DNA of 63,312 nt, filler included, from Collodictyon triciliatum (Eukaryota), in the NCBI GenBank assembly GCA_043381765.1. It is 5 parts of 5 records of this genome, joined end to end, with 100 filler letters (N's around TTAATTAATTAA, not from the genome) between each part and the next. Parts side by side here need not be neighbours in the genome. Positions count along the whole stretch, not along the records: positions 1 to 15,310 come from JBHJMP010001690.1; 4 more parts are not named here. The stretch is one strand, 5' to 3'. Of the stretch, positions 1 to 12,200 are shown piece after piece (positions within the stretch are counted from its first letter, which is position 1; each line of letters begins with the position of its first letter). The notes below the pieces were generated by a model, which did no database searches, was not told the origin of the DNA, and saw nothing but the letters and a program-made list of their open reading frames with translations. The position numbers were made by a program, and so were the translations under genes.

Positions 1-99
1 TTTCTTTTTCTCTTTCTTTTTCTCTTTCTTTTTCTCTTTCTTTTTCTCTTTCTTTTTCTCTTTCTTTTTCTCTTTCTTTTTCTCTTTCTTTTTCTCTTT
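1..99. repeat. Pyrimidine 12-mer tandem repeat (TTTCTTTTTCTC)n
   Basis: About 8 direct copies at the window start. Confidence 0.9.
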
Positions 100-175
100 G
101 TATTTCTCTATTTCTATGACAATTAAGATAGTTTACCTGTGAAGCAATTTTTAATGATAAAAAAATGATATTCAG

Positions 176-3109
176 TTGTCTGTGCTTCCCCAGTCACTTT
201 CAAGTATGGCGAATTTAAAATTGTTGGACATTGATAGCAATAACGTAATCGTCTATATCGTAATCCAAAATTGTACGCAGATGCCTTGTAGTTTCAATCA
301 ACCAAAAAAAAAAAAACATTCAAAAGCCAAGCTATTCAACAAAATCCTTTTTCAACTAAAAGAAATTATAAACAGCTGACTTCTTTATCGGGGTCCTTGT
401 TCCGAATAAGCAGTCTCACTCAACTTAAAGCTCACGGAAATCAAGTAGATATACATTCCCAGAAAAAACCATTGGTCAAACTATACTATGTGAGTACCAC
501 AGTCTTTATAATACAAATATGCAGATAGCAGTCGTTGATGATGGAATCCGCAACCTGACAAACCTCGTTCACATTTCCTTTGGAAGTAACAAAGTACGAA
601 TCGTCATATACAGCGTTCTCAAAATTGCTCTAGTGAACCACTTTGTTCTACCCCTCTGATTTTAATGAAAATGATATCATCAATTTGCAGCTGTCATCCA
701 TTCCCTTCGGAATTACCGATTTGACCGCACTTAGTGTTTTTCTTACACACCAAAATCCCATACCCTCAACCCTTGCCAAAGCTTGGGGGGCATATAATTT
801 CTCGTCGCAGATATTGCGCGTCTCTTCCCTCGGCTTTACAGGCAAAAATGAACTTGAATTTGATTTTATCCAAGGCTTCCCTGGATATTCATTCTCTGGA
901 ATCTTGGTAAGGGGAAACATAAAACTGTGTGATGCGTGCCTTGTGGCAATTTTTTTTTTTTTTTAAAAAAAAAAAGGCATGCTTATTATTATAATTAGAT
1001 GGAGCTGGCTCCGGCCAACCTTTGGTCATTGACAGATACAATTCACCTGGACCTCTCTGGGTCACAGGTCTGGCAATGAATTTTGTTGTTATCATTATTA
1101 TCTTGTCATCATCGTTCAAGAATGGATGAAATCACACCTCAATTGTGTTAAAAAAAATCGGCATTTTGTTTGATTCAAAGATAGTTAGAACTTTAACCAT
1201 TGCTCTTTATATAAATGATAAATCTTGCCATGTTGCAAAGATATCCTTCATCCCGGATGATATTTCGCAACTGTCACAGCTAAGGACACTTACCATATCT
1301 GATAATAATGTTTGTGAAAGAGTTGTTTTTACTTTCTTTTTTTTTTTTTTAAGAAAAAAAATCAAATTGTAATAATCTCAGTATCTTTGCAATATCCCAT
1401 TCGCTGATAGATAATAGCACGTTTACTTTGATAAAAAAAAAATAGTTGAGTTTTCTCCCAGACACTTTGGGAGACCTCCAAATGCTGGAAACATTATCTT
1501 TGGACCAGAACCACGTATATATACTATCTTGAAACACAAAACTGTATTTCGCTGCCACTCAAGTGTATACTTTTTTCTTTTTTTTTTTTTTGCTTTGCCT
1601 TTGCGTGGGAAAACCACGAATACTGTCCTTGGCGGAGTACAATAAAAATGGTAATCCAACATAAAGGTCGCATTTTTTCCAGCGTCCCTCTCTCGCTTAA
1701 CGAACTTGCAGTCCCTTTCATTCCAGAGAAATCAGGTTGACATATTCTACATGCCCTGACTTTGGTTGACACTTGAACACTATTTGTCTCGTTGAGTTTT
1801 ATCATTTTTTTTTTCACTCTCGGGCTACCTTCAATGCAATTTAAGAGACCAGGTGACTCTAAACTCCTTAATATTTGAAATGAGTGCAGGTTTCTACTCT
1901 GCCAAGCTTCTCCGAAAATGCCAGACTTACAGATTTTGTCTTTTTCAATAATAGTGTAAGATAGTTAACTCATTCTCCACCATTCCAGTTTCATATAATT
2001 TTTGTTTGCTTACGCATCTTCTTTCCTTGGCAGTTTATAACAATCATGTAATGATTTTTTTATTTACTCGAACAGGTATCAGAGATACCCGAATCTATAG
2101 GTTCGCTCTCGATGCTTCAAAGCCTATCTGCGAGCTCAAACAAAGTAATTTAATGAAACCGACTCAAGTCTCACCGTTTCCGTAGGAATAGGAGTTAAGC
2201 AAATGGGTCTCTGAAATAATAATCTCTGTGCCTTTAGATTACATGTCTCCCTGAAAATATGTCTAAATTGCAATCTCTCACTCTTTTGGAGTTGGCGAAC
2301 AACAAGGTTGAGATTATTGCTGACTGTTTTCCATCATAATTGGTCGCTTCTATGTCAGTTTTAAAAGGCTTTTGATTTGCTTACTTTCTATCCATTCCTC
2401 TTATTCCCTTTCTTTCATTCCTTTTTATTTCTCTTTCGATTTGAGGCTGACAACCACAAACATGTTTGTTGCATAATCGTTACAGATATCCCATTTACCA
2501 GAGGGCTTCGGTTTGGTGAAGGATTTGAGGATTCTGGATATTATAGGAAACCCGGTTAGATTAGCACAATACAGAAAAAAAAACGTTGCATTAGATTTAT
2601 AGCATATTCACATGCAGGAAAGCACATATCGTTTTCATGAAGATATCACTCATATGACTTGTATTTCCTTATCATAAAAGATATCTTACATCCCGTCCAC
2701 AATTCATCACATGAGCAATCTCACCGAGCTCGTCTTTGGAAGAGAACGAGTAAAGTTTACTATCGCGAGAGAAAACATAGCCCTGATTTAAAAGAATAGC
2801 ATCACAGCATTGCGCAAGCAAAACGTTTATCTGTCCTGTCACACTTTTTTTTTAATCAATCTGTTGTAGCCGCAGAGATACCGCATACACTACCACGCCT
2901 TTGAAAACTCGTCTCTGAAACAAGCGTTCGAATCGCAGCTCCATTATTTGAGCTACCCAAACACAATGCATCTCATGACCAAAGTCGAGCGATTGATTAT
3001 CTACGGCTTGGATATTTACTCACTGCCTGCGCAATTCATCCCCCAGAATGCATCTTACCTCTCCTTGTCAGGCAACAGGATTCGCCTCCTTCCAGATTCC
3101 TTCTGTTGA
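176..3109 (+). CDS. Leucine-rich-repeat protein, multi-exon, 5' end outside the window; 3' end uncertain
   Basis: AG/GT-bounded exons 176-244, 376-444, 525-593, 691-906, 999-1067, 1241-1309, 1446-1514, 1667-1735, 1890-1955, 2076-2144, 2238-2306, 2486-2554, 2681-2749 and 2870-3109 splice in phase 0. They give LRR units such as LSVLPQSLSSMANLKLLDIDSNN, LSFLPDTLGDLQMLETLSLDQNH and ITCLPENMSKLQSLTLLELANNK. Confidence 0.9.
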
Positions 3110-3516
3110 GAATCAAGCATTGAGATAAAGACAAAGAAAATGAATGAAAAAAAAGAGGACATGAATGCTTGTATACGGAAGAAAAAGTCAAAGCAAAATA
3201 AGCTGAACACGCGAGGCTCCTCCAGATGAAGTATCAAAAGATATCTTCAAAGTGCCAAAACATCATATTTTCATACCTTTCACTCTACTGTGATTCACAC
3301 ATAACCGTTTTCCCTATTTCATTTTCCATTCTATTTCTCATTCATATTTGTTTATTCAGTCCAAATCTATGAGATGTATCGCTCATTTACCGGGCCTTTT
3401 GGGATTGTAAGAAACGTACGGCGATTGTAATGCACCAAGATGCCTTGTTGGCACTTGCAGAGTATATGTTTCACTCGAAGCACAACAAGCGAGGTTCTTT
3501 GGCACAAGTCAGGCGC

Positions 3517-4228
3517 TTAAAAAGCTCCACCAAGCTGCATGAAATGAGAAGATTACACATATTAAATTATTAGGACAAGGATTATGGAAAACACGATGCA
3601 AAAAGAAGAAACACAATTTCATGGGTACAAACAAGACGAACTTCAACAGCAGCAATGTCGGCCGCAGAGAGTGTGGACCGGCGATATTTTTCAGGAATAT
3701 GTGTTTCTTGCAGGGTAACAACAACACGGGTGGAAGTGTCAGTCTTTTTTGGTCCTGCGGATGTAATCATGATGTGAATGTTGAAGAAGGACGCGTTAAA
3801 AACAAAATAATAATAATATTTTATTTAAATAATTAACAAGAAATATGGAAAATCGTACACAATAGTTAGAAAGATGAAAGGGAAGAAGATAAGAGAGAAA
3901 GATATGGGCAGGCATTCATCAAGAATGTGGCGTTTTGCTTCTTTCCTCTCCTCTGCTTTCAGCTTTCATTTCAATATTGATTATCAGTTCTTCGGGTATG
4001 TGGCGGTTATGTTAGTTGCTGTGATTTTGGATTTTTTCTCATGTCCAAAGACTTACGAGTGGCTGGGAAAGTGTGTCCGTGAGAAATCGGGCGGTTGGAA
4101 GGATGCGACGGGCTTTTTGGTAAAGCAGGGATTGTTTGTGCGGCCGGAGAGGTCAAAACTGCATTGTGTCCGTAGCGAAAGCGGATCAAAGGCGTGCGCA
4201 AGGCTTGTGAAAGTGTGGAAACTCGCAT
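3517..4228 (-). CDS. KGD4: Mitochondrial 2-oxoglutarate dehydrogenase adaptor KGD4 / MRPS36 family protein, 3 exons
   Basis: N-terminal MRVSTLSQALRTPLIRFRYG. After a GTAAGT..CAG intron comes IPEKYRRSTLSAADIAAVE, then a last exon LGGAF*. These match the family's PLIRF and KYRR..s.eei..i..GG motifs. An alternative ATG lies at 4258. Confidence 0.75.
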
Positions 4229-5409
4229 GTGTGCTTCGTAGGCCTGAGCGTCGGTCATTGTGAGTTGAAGAAAGAAAGAAAAAAAGAAAAAGAAAAAGAA
4301 AAAGAGAGGCAACACAAACGAAAAAAGAACGAAAGTGGGTGGCGTTTGCTGCTCGTTCCGACGTGTGGGAAACAATCTTCTCTCTCTCTCTTTCTGCCGA
4401 TTCCTTGGCACATAGGAAACAGCGCCTGACTCGACTGAGAATAAATAGAAAGCGCTAACTAGAGACAAACACAGCCGAACGCACGGAAAGTCGACTGCTC
4501 TGCTCGATCAAAGGTTTCCAGCCCCACTGATCAGACGATCAAAGAGCGCCAAGAAAAACAATATTGTACGGGAACGGCCGCAGCATCCGCCTTGAAGGAA
4601 AGGTGCAAGCTGCTTCAGGACTACGACTTGGATCGCAGACAAGCGAATGAAGAAGCCGCCAAAGTTATACAACAACGCGGCAGTCGCAACGAAAACGTCA
4701 CCGTCTTGTAAGCTTTGCGATCAAACTCGAAAAAGGAATGCACAGATTCTTTCCCACAAAAGCAAACGTCAGCGAAGCGTGCCAAAGCAGGAGAGTTTAA
4801 ACTGTTTGACCACTTTTTTCGCCCAGCAAGTAAGGTTCGCTTCTTTGCTGTGCGATCTGCTATAACGTCTGTCCAGGCCCACCGCGAATAACATCGATGA
4901 GGCGCGGAAAAAAGAGAAAAAGAAAAGCTTTTATCGTTTCTCACAGCTTCCGTTGTCGCTTAAACGGGTTAAGAACAAAGACAGTTTAGTTGAGTCTCCA
5001 GCATCAGAACCGCCCAAAGTACGATTGCATATCAACAAACAAGGCTTCTGCCGATCTGCTGTAATCCGCCCCGAAGGTTAGCAAGAGGAAAAACAAGGCA
5101 GCAGCCGTGGCAAACACCACCACAAATACTCGAAGGCTGAGCAGTCGAGTAGGGAAAGACAAGGTCAACCCAAGTTCAATCGTCAAAAGCTGTGGAGGAG
5201 GTAGAACATATCAACTAGCCCACCCATCGCCACTTAACCAAGAAGCCACTCTCAAGAGCTCTCCAGGGAGAATATGCAAGTTATTAGAAATGTTCAGCAC
5301 CCAAGAGCAATATTAACAATTCATCCAAGGAAAAGTCATGTGGGTTGGGGTCGATGATAACTTTTTTCATTCAAAATGTAAGTTACAATATACTGGGCGG
5401 TACTATCCT

Positions 5410-5411
<2 letters not shown>

Positions 5412-5480
<69 letters not shown>
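5412..5480. repeat. (CAA)n microsatellite
   Basis: About 22 perfect CAA units. Confidence 0.95.
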
Positions 5481-5481
<1 letters not shown>

Positions 5482-6296
5482 CCCTCCGCCCCCGCCCCCA
5501 AGAATTCCGAACGAAACCACTTTTAATGATAATAGCCTTGTTTTGGTCAGGAGCATACAAAAAGGTTATCAGATGTTGAATGACGAATGAGCAAATTAAG
5601 CCGGAAAGCATGTGCGAAAATAGCTTGATATTTCAATTGCCAAATTACGCACAAACAAAAAAAAACTCCGTGTTTTCCAACCCATTTATAATTGGTAGGT
5701 GGTGTTACATGAGTACTGGCATTGCAATTTTATTTAGTTTGTGAATTTGACATTCTGTGGGAACAAACTAACCATCACATATAGTTTGTGTCATTTGCAC
5801 AATTTAGAATAGATTTAAAGGAATAATATAACCATCGACCAGGAAGAATATCGATCTATCATGCAGAGATTTGCATACATCACATTTCTTGTATTATACA
5901 AAATATTTAGCATTAAGAGAATGTTTAGTGGCTGTATGATGCATAAGGAAATCACATCCATATTATTTACAAATCAAAAAAGCAGTTAAAAAAGAATTCA
6001 TCTCATATTGAGACATATTTATATTCACGAATAGTTTATTTCATAACGAAGAAAAATAAAAAAATATCCAGAGTTAATTATATTGAACTTTGAACAGTAG
6101 TACAGTATAACCTTGCTAGCCTATAGAAACTATCCAAAATGCATTCAAAATAAATATTGATAAATCAAGCAATATCCATTCATGAAAAAGTAGGATAGCT
6201 TATTTTACATTGAGTTGATTGTAAATGGCACATATTGTAACTGATTAATACGATGTTTTTATGCAACACACACGAAGGAATAGGAAGATTCGAAAC

Positions 6297-9200
6297 ATGT
6301 CTGCAACCGAAACAAGCACCGAGGCCAACGCCAGCCTTATCACCATCGACGAAGTCTGCAGAATTACATACATATCATTTCATCAAAAATTATATATATA
6401 TCAAAGAGGATTGATTGCTTACGCCAACAACTGAGCACAGGCTGTCCTCGAATGGGTGAACCACCACCTGGGAAAAATCGAGCTCAAGGCGACGAACATC
6501 CGCGATGATTTTATGGACGGGTTCTTTTTGGCCATGCTAATTGATGCGGTCACCGGAAAGTCCTTGGGAAGCTACCATTCGCGCTTGTTTGCGTATGATT
6601 TATTAATTGTATCCAAATCATTTATTCTTCTCATGGATTAGTATTTAATCCCTGTATTTATATCAGTGACAAAGCTATTGAGGAGGAAGTTCTTGTTAAC
6701 GAGAATCAGAAACTCATTGTTGATTGGTTTCTGACATTGAACGTGCGTTATGAGGCTGTTGCTTCTAAGGCCCATTACGCCGGTTTGCCTTATTTACTTT
6801 AAAGGGAATTGTTTGAAATCTTTCATATATCACTCATTTATTTTGTATGATTGACATATACCTATCTTACAGATTTGGTCTACACAATTCTCCAGTATCT
6901 AATTGGATTAAGTGTTGGCCATTTGGGAAGTCTTGGGGTAACAAAAAAACCTAATTTTTAAAATTTTCATTTTGATTTATATTTCGAACCATGTTGAAAT
7001 ATAATTTCTAATCATTAAATTGTAGAAAAAATGTCGTGAGAGGTACGATATTGCCAAGAAGCTCTACGAAAGAGTGAAGGCTCCGTTTCCTTTTCATGGT
7101 TGAAATTCGATTTATCTTATATTTTTATGATTATTCGATATATTTTTTGTTTTATCAATTTTTCAACTAAATTAAATTTAAATATTGATGCAGGTCTTGG
7201 TCTGGAAGAAAAAGGCTCTGTCGTACTAACCCGTACTTGCATTCTTCTTGACAAGGTTATCCATGAATTAATTTAAAAATAATTAAAAAATTTTACCTAA
7301 ATCCTTCCGATATGTGAAATATAATCGTGTATTTAAACCAGATGAAGCTTGCTCGTGAAGACCTGAAAGAGAGGCGATACAAGAAGTGGAATCCGGCTCC
7401 ACAAAGATACGTGACACCAACACCATTGCCGCTCATTGTCTTTGACGAGCGTGTCATCCGTGTTTTCCTTTCCTCGACTTTCCGTGACATGCAGCAAGAA
7501 AGAGACGAATTCTTCAGGAATGGAGCTCCAGAGTAAGTTCAATTCAATCCAATTAATAAATAAATCCATGATGAGGAATTATAATTTGATGCATTTATAT
7601 TACCAACAGTATTATCATTATGTCAGGTTGAAAAGACTTGCGAAATCGAAGGGATTAGACCTTGTCTTTATCGATTTGCGCTGGGGACTGACTTCTGAGG
7701 ACAGTAGTGAGGGATGGGTAAATACTATATTATTAACTCGTTATTTTTATGATAATTTTAAGAATATGCTGCATTATATAAAAGAATAAACTTCAATTTT
7801 CTCTTATTGCTTTCAAAGGTTGTGATTCGTTGTCTGGACTCTATCGGAAAATGCCCATACTTTGTGTGCTCTCTCGGTGCGCGCTACGGCTGGATTCCTG
7901 ACCAAAACAAAACGGAGCTGAATAAGCAAGCCCGCCTTGAGGAGCTGCTGAATACCAAGCCCGATGCCACCATGAAGGATATTTGGGTGGAATGGCGCAG
8001 TGAAACCAATAGCCGCTTTCCATTCATTGACGGAATGCCTGAGCTGAGTGTGACTGAATACGAGGTGAAGCTAATAATAGCGTGTATTCTGTATCTTCTC
8101 GTGAATAATTACAGTAGAAAAATAAACAAATTATTCTCTTAATCAAATATACATGTTCAGATTCAGTATGCCTGTCTGATTGACAAACCAGCATGCAGCC
8201 GCGCCTTCTTTTACCTCCGCGATGAGCACTATGCTGTCCAACATGCCAAGAGCGAGGAAGAAAGAAAGCTGTTCCAGGCTGAAAGCGAAGAGGCGGTAAA
8301 AATTGATAGAAAGTCTTTGTTTTTATTTTCAAGTTATTATTATATGATTATTTAATGATTCGATTTTTTGACACTTGTTTTAATGTATTTCTTTTAGCGT
8401 AAGAGGCAGGAGGAGCTCAAAGGGAAAGTCAAGGCCAAGTTCGGGCATGTTGTGTACAAAGGAGCGAAAGAGTATTCGGACTTTGTGACATACCATCTCT
8501 CCTACGCCATCGAGCGTGACTTTGGGAATCAAACTGTATTTTTTTTTGTAATTTTTGTGGATTTATGGATTTATGGATATATATTTCATTTCATTTGTTG
8601 ACATAACTGTATCCTAGGTGAGAGACCCTGAAGACCAAGCGCAGCACCAGTTCAAGATGCATCGACTGGCTGGGTTTGGCGGAAGAAAGGAGCTTCTCAA
8701 GATAATCACGGAGCAAGTAAGACGAAAAATAATGGAATTAAAATGACAACAATATCCTTTGATTTTTTCTTTTCTTATCAATAAATTATTTTTATCAGTC
8801 CATGAGTCAGCTGAGCATGGAGAAATCCAAAATCATCGTTCTTGCTGCCGAGTCTGGGATTGGAAAGTCATCGCTCATGGCTGCTACAGCGAGAGACCTC
8901 GAAGGGCTGAAGCATCCTGGGCTGCATATCTTTTTCCATTTTGTCGGATGCACCAACCTCAGCAACTACATGGAAAGGTTATTTATATTTCTTTTTGTTT
9001 TTATAAGTATAAAGATATTTTATTGTGTTTCTAAAAAAATACTTGTTTTATTTTAGTATTTCTATTCGCTTCTGGAATCTGGTCACAAACTCTGCCAACT
9101 TTGTCGAGGAAAAGAAGCAGGAAGCTGGTATTACAGCATTTCATTTTTATTTTTATCTTTTAATTCAAATGTCGTATAATTATTCAAGCATTCATCTTAT

Positions 9201-12200
9201 TTTGCCACCAGAATACGAAAAAGAGGGACTGCACGGCCTACTGAAAATTATTCAGGAGAAAACCATGTAATTCTTCAATTTTTATGACTGTTTTCATGAT
9301 TAAATCAAAATTAAAATGCTTTGAATCGAATAAAAAATTGATATTAATATTAAATTATATATTTTAGGGACGAGAAGTTTGTCTTTCTCATCGATGCCAT
9401 CAACCAAATCCACCCGTCGCAAGGAACGCCAGCTCCGCATTTGCTGACCTGGTTGCCCAAAGAAACGCCACCTAATGTTGCCATGGTTGTGTCGACCATT
9501 CATACCCATGAATCTTGCACGGTATTTAGTAATATTTTTTTGGGATATGTTTGTATTCTGCATAAAAATGATTTGAGTGGAAGGTTAATTAATGTTTCTC
9601 TGTCATAAGTCTGCCAAGAAAAGCGGACTGGAGCCGATTCCCATCGCCAAGTTGACTGAGGGTGAAGTTAAGTATGGAGTCGAATCATTCCTCATCCGCT
9701 ATGACAAGACCCTGAACGAAAAGCAAGTTGAAATGATTCTGACTGACTTGAAAGATACTGGTGAGACATTTTTAAAAGAGTATATATTTTGATTAAATTT
9801 TATAAGGAATAATTTAGTTTAGTTACTAATTATCTGATATTCATTATAGGCCATCCGCTCTATCTCCGCATCATTCTGGATGAAGTTAGGGTGTTTGGTG
9901 TCTATGAGAAGCTCGATGAAGAACTGTTTGCCCTGCTTTCGACCAATGGTGTCATTGAGCTTTACACTCTGATTATTAAGCGCTGGCAACTGAAGTTTGA
10001 CAGGAAAGGTGAGTATTGGTTGCATGTTTCACAAAAAAAAAATTCAAATTATAATTGCTACTTTTGTTGAATGAATCTTTTTTTTATTACAGTTTCATCA
10101 ACCGATGGAAAAAAGACAATACATGTCGAGTATGTCTCCCTCTCGATGAAGGTTCTTTTTGTCTCCCGCATTGGCCTGAGTGAAGGTGATTTGGATAAGT
10201 ACATGAAAGACGCGATTGGCACAGGATTCGAGCTTGCTGAATGGTTTTCTTACTCTTGAATTTTAATAGAATCAATATGTTTACCCATTTCTTTTCTTTT
10301 GATTTTACTTATCTTTTATTCATTCAAATAGGAAATCCTTCTTCTTTACCCTCATCGAGTCGCTTTTCGTCCGCAATGGAAGGTTGGTCTTATTTTTAAA
10401 TCCTTTCGTTCGTTAATTTGTGCTTTCGTAATAATTTTATTTTGATAATCTTAATCATTGTTTATTATAGATACATGTACTTCCACCAGCTGCTGTTTGA
10501 GACCACCGAAAAGGTCTACTTATCCGAAAAGAAAGAGATGGAAAAAACGCACGAAAAGTACGGAAAATGGCTGTTTGGCCAATATTTTGAGGTTGTTGAC
10601 GCGGATGAGGAGCTTGTTGCTGAGATATGCTACCAGCTTCTGAAGGGCAGTTCGTTTGACTTACTTGTCGAATACATGAAGCAAAAACATGTAATTTTTA
10701 TCTTTAATTCGAGTATTCTATACATAATGAAACGATTTCAATGATTATTTTTTTTTATAATTTATAGGTTATCAGTGTCATGCTTGGTGGTCGCTATCGC
10801 TACGAGTTCTTTACATGCTGGAGAGCAATCAACGCAAGTGGGGCGGCAAACTACAAAGAAGCTTATGGGAGCTTGGCGAAGGTTTAATTGATTATTTTCT
10901 TTTAATTTTTGAATGTTACTACTCACAAAATATAATTATCAATCATGATTTACCTTTTAATTTTTCAGTCTTTGGATAAAGTGGGAGACCTGCTCGTTGG
11001 ATTTTTCTTGGAGTCTTTTGAGAACTCGTTTCTGTTGTCTGTTCTGAATGTGCGCCTTGGACAACATCAAACAGAAGGTGTGGAATTCAATTTTCGTTTA
11101 TTGAGTAATATTTTAAGGGAAATTATGGATTCAATTTATTTACAATATTTCTTAATCTAAGACTCAAAGGCTGTTGATTATCTGAATCTTGGTCGTGTGT
11201 ACAAGAACCTCCAAAAGTAAAAACACGGTCGATGAATAAAGTTAATTAAGACATGATAACAATAAAATGCAAAATTTCTTACATATAAAATTAAACAGCT
11301 GGTCTGAATCCATGGTCTATTACAAGAGATGTCTTGATTCAGTTGAGAAGAATACCGATAATTCCCGGCGTATCGCCACCATTCATGAAGAAATGGGAAT
11401 CATCTACCAGCAACAGGATAAGTAAGGCTCGCTTTCAACTTTTAAAAAAAGTATATTATTGTGTTTCAAAAAATAGATGTTCTTATTTGCTTATTAAATA
11501 GAATTGATGAAGCTCTTGATGAATACGAGAAATCACTGGAATTGAGAACCAAACTGATGGGTGAGAACAACTTGCAAGTGGCCCAATCGCACGACCGCTT
11601 CGGAGACATCTATGTAAAGCAGTCAAAGTAATATTATTTCATCGTATTCCTTATCTTCTGCTTTTATTTTGTAAAAATACATATATGCTGATCCAATCTT
11701 TATGATAGGAATGAGAAAGCTCTGGCTGAATACATAAAGGCCATGGAAATCCGCCAAAAGAAAGTCGGAAACGAGCATCCACTAGTCGCAACATCGTACC
11801 AGAACTATGGCCATGTCTCTCTGGCTGGGAAAAAGTAGCATATTCATTCGATTTAAGACAGTTTTATATAGGGTTATTTATTTTTGAGAAATATTAAAAT
11901 GATTGAATCATCAAGGTATGAAGAGTCTGTTGAAAACTACGAAAAGGCAAAATCAATCCTTGAAAAATCGTTGGGAGCCAAGCATGCATCTGTTGCCTCG
12001 ACAATCCAGTTTATTGCAAACGTTCATCTTGCCCGTGGAATGTTCGAATTTCTAATTTTTAGATGTTTGCATACAACAATTTTTCCTTTCTTTCAATTTT
12101 TTCAAGATGAGTGTGGTTTCATATCTTTCATTTGTATGGACTCTATTTGGGAGCTGTGATTTTCGCATAATATAACTAATTTTAATTATCAAATAACTTT

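Noticed and set aside
5336-5611. PolyQ/polyL ORFs, and similar poly-N/V/I/F/K ORFs at 23796-24245, 28380-28649, 33179-33578, 56061-56534 and 59910-60502
   Set aside because: Translations of microsatellites and homopolymers with no other coding evidence.
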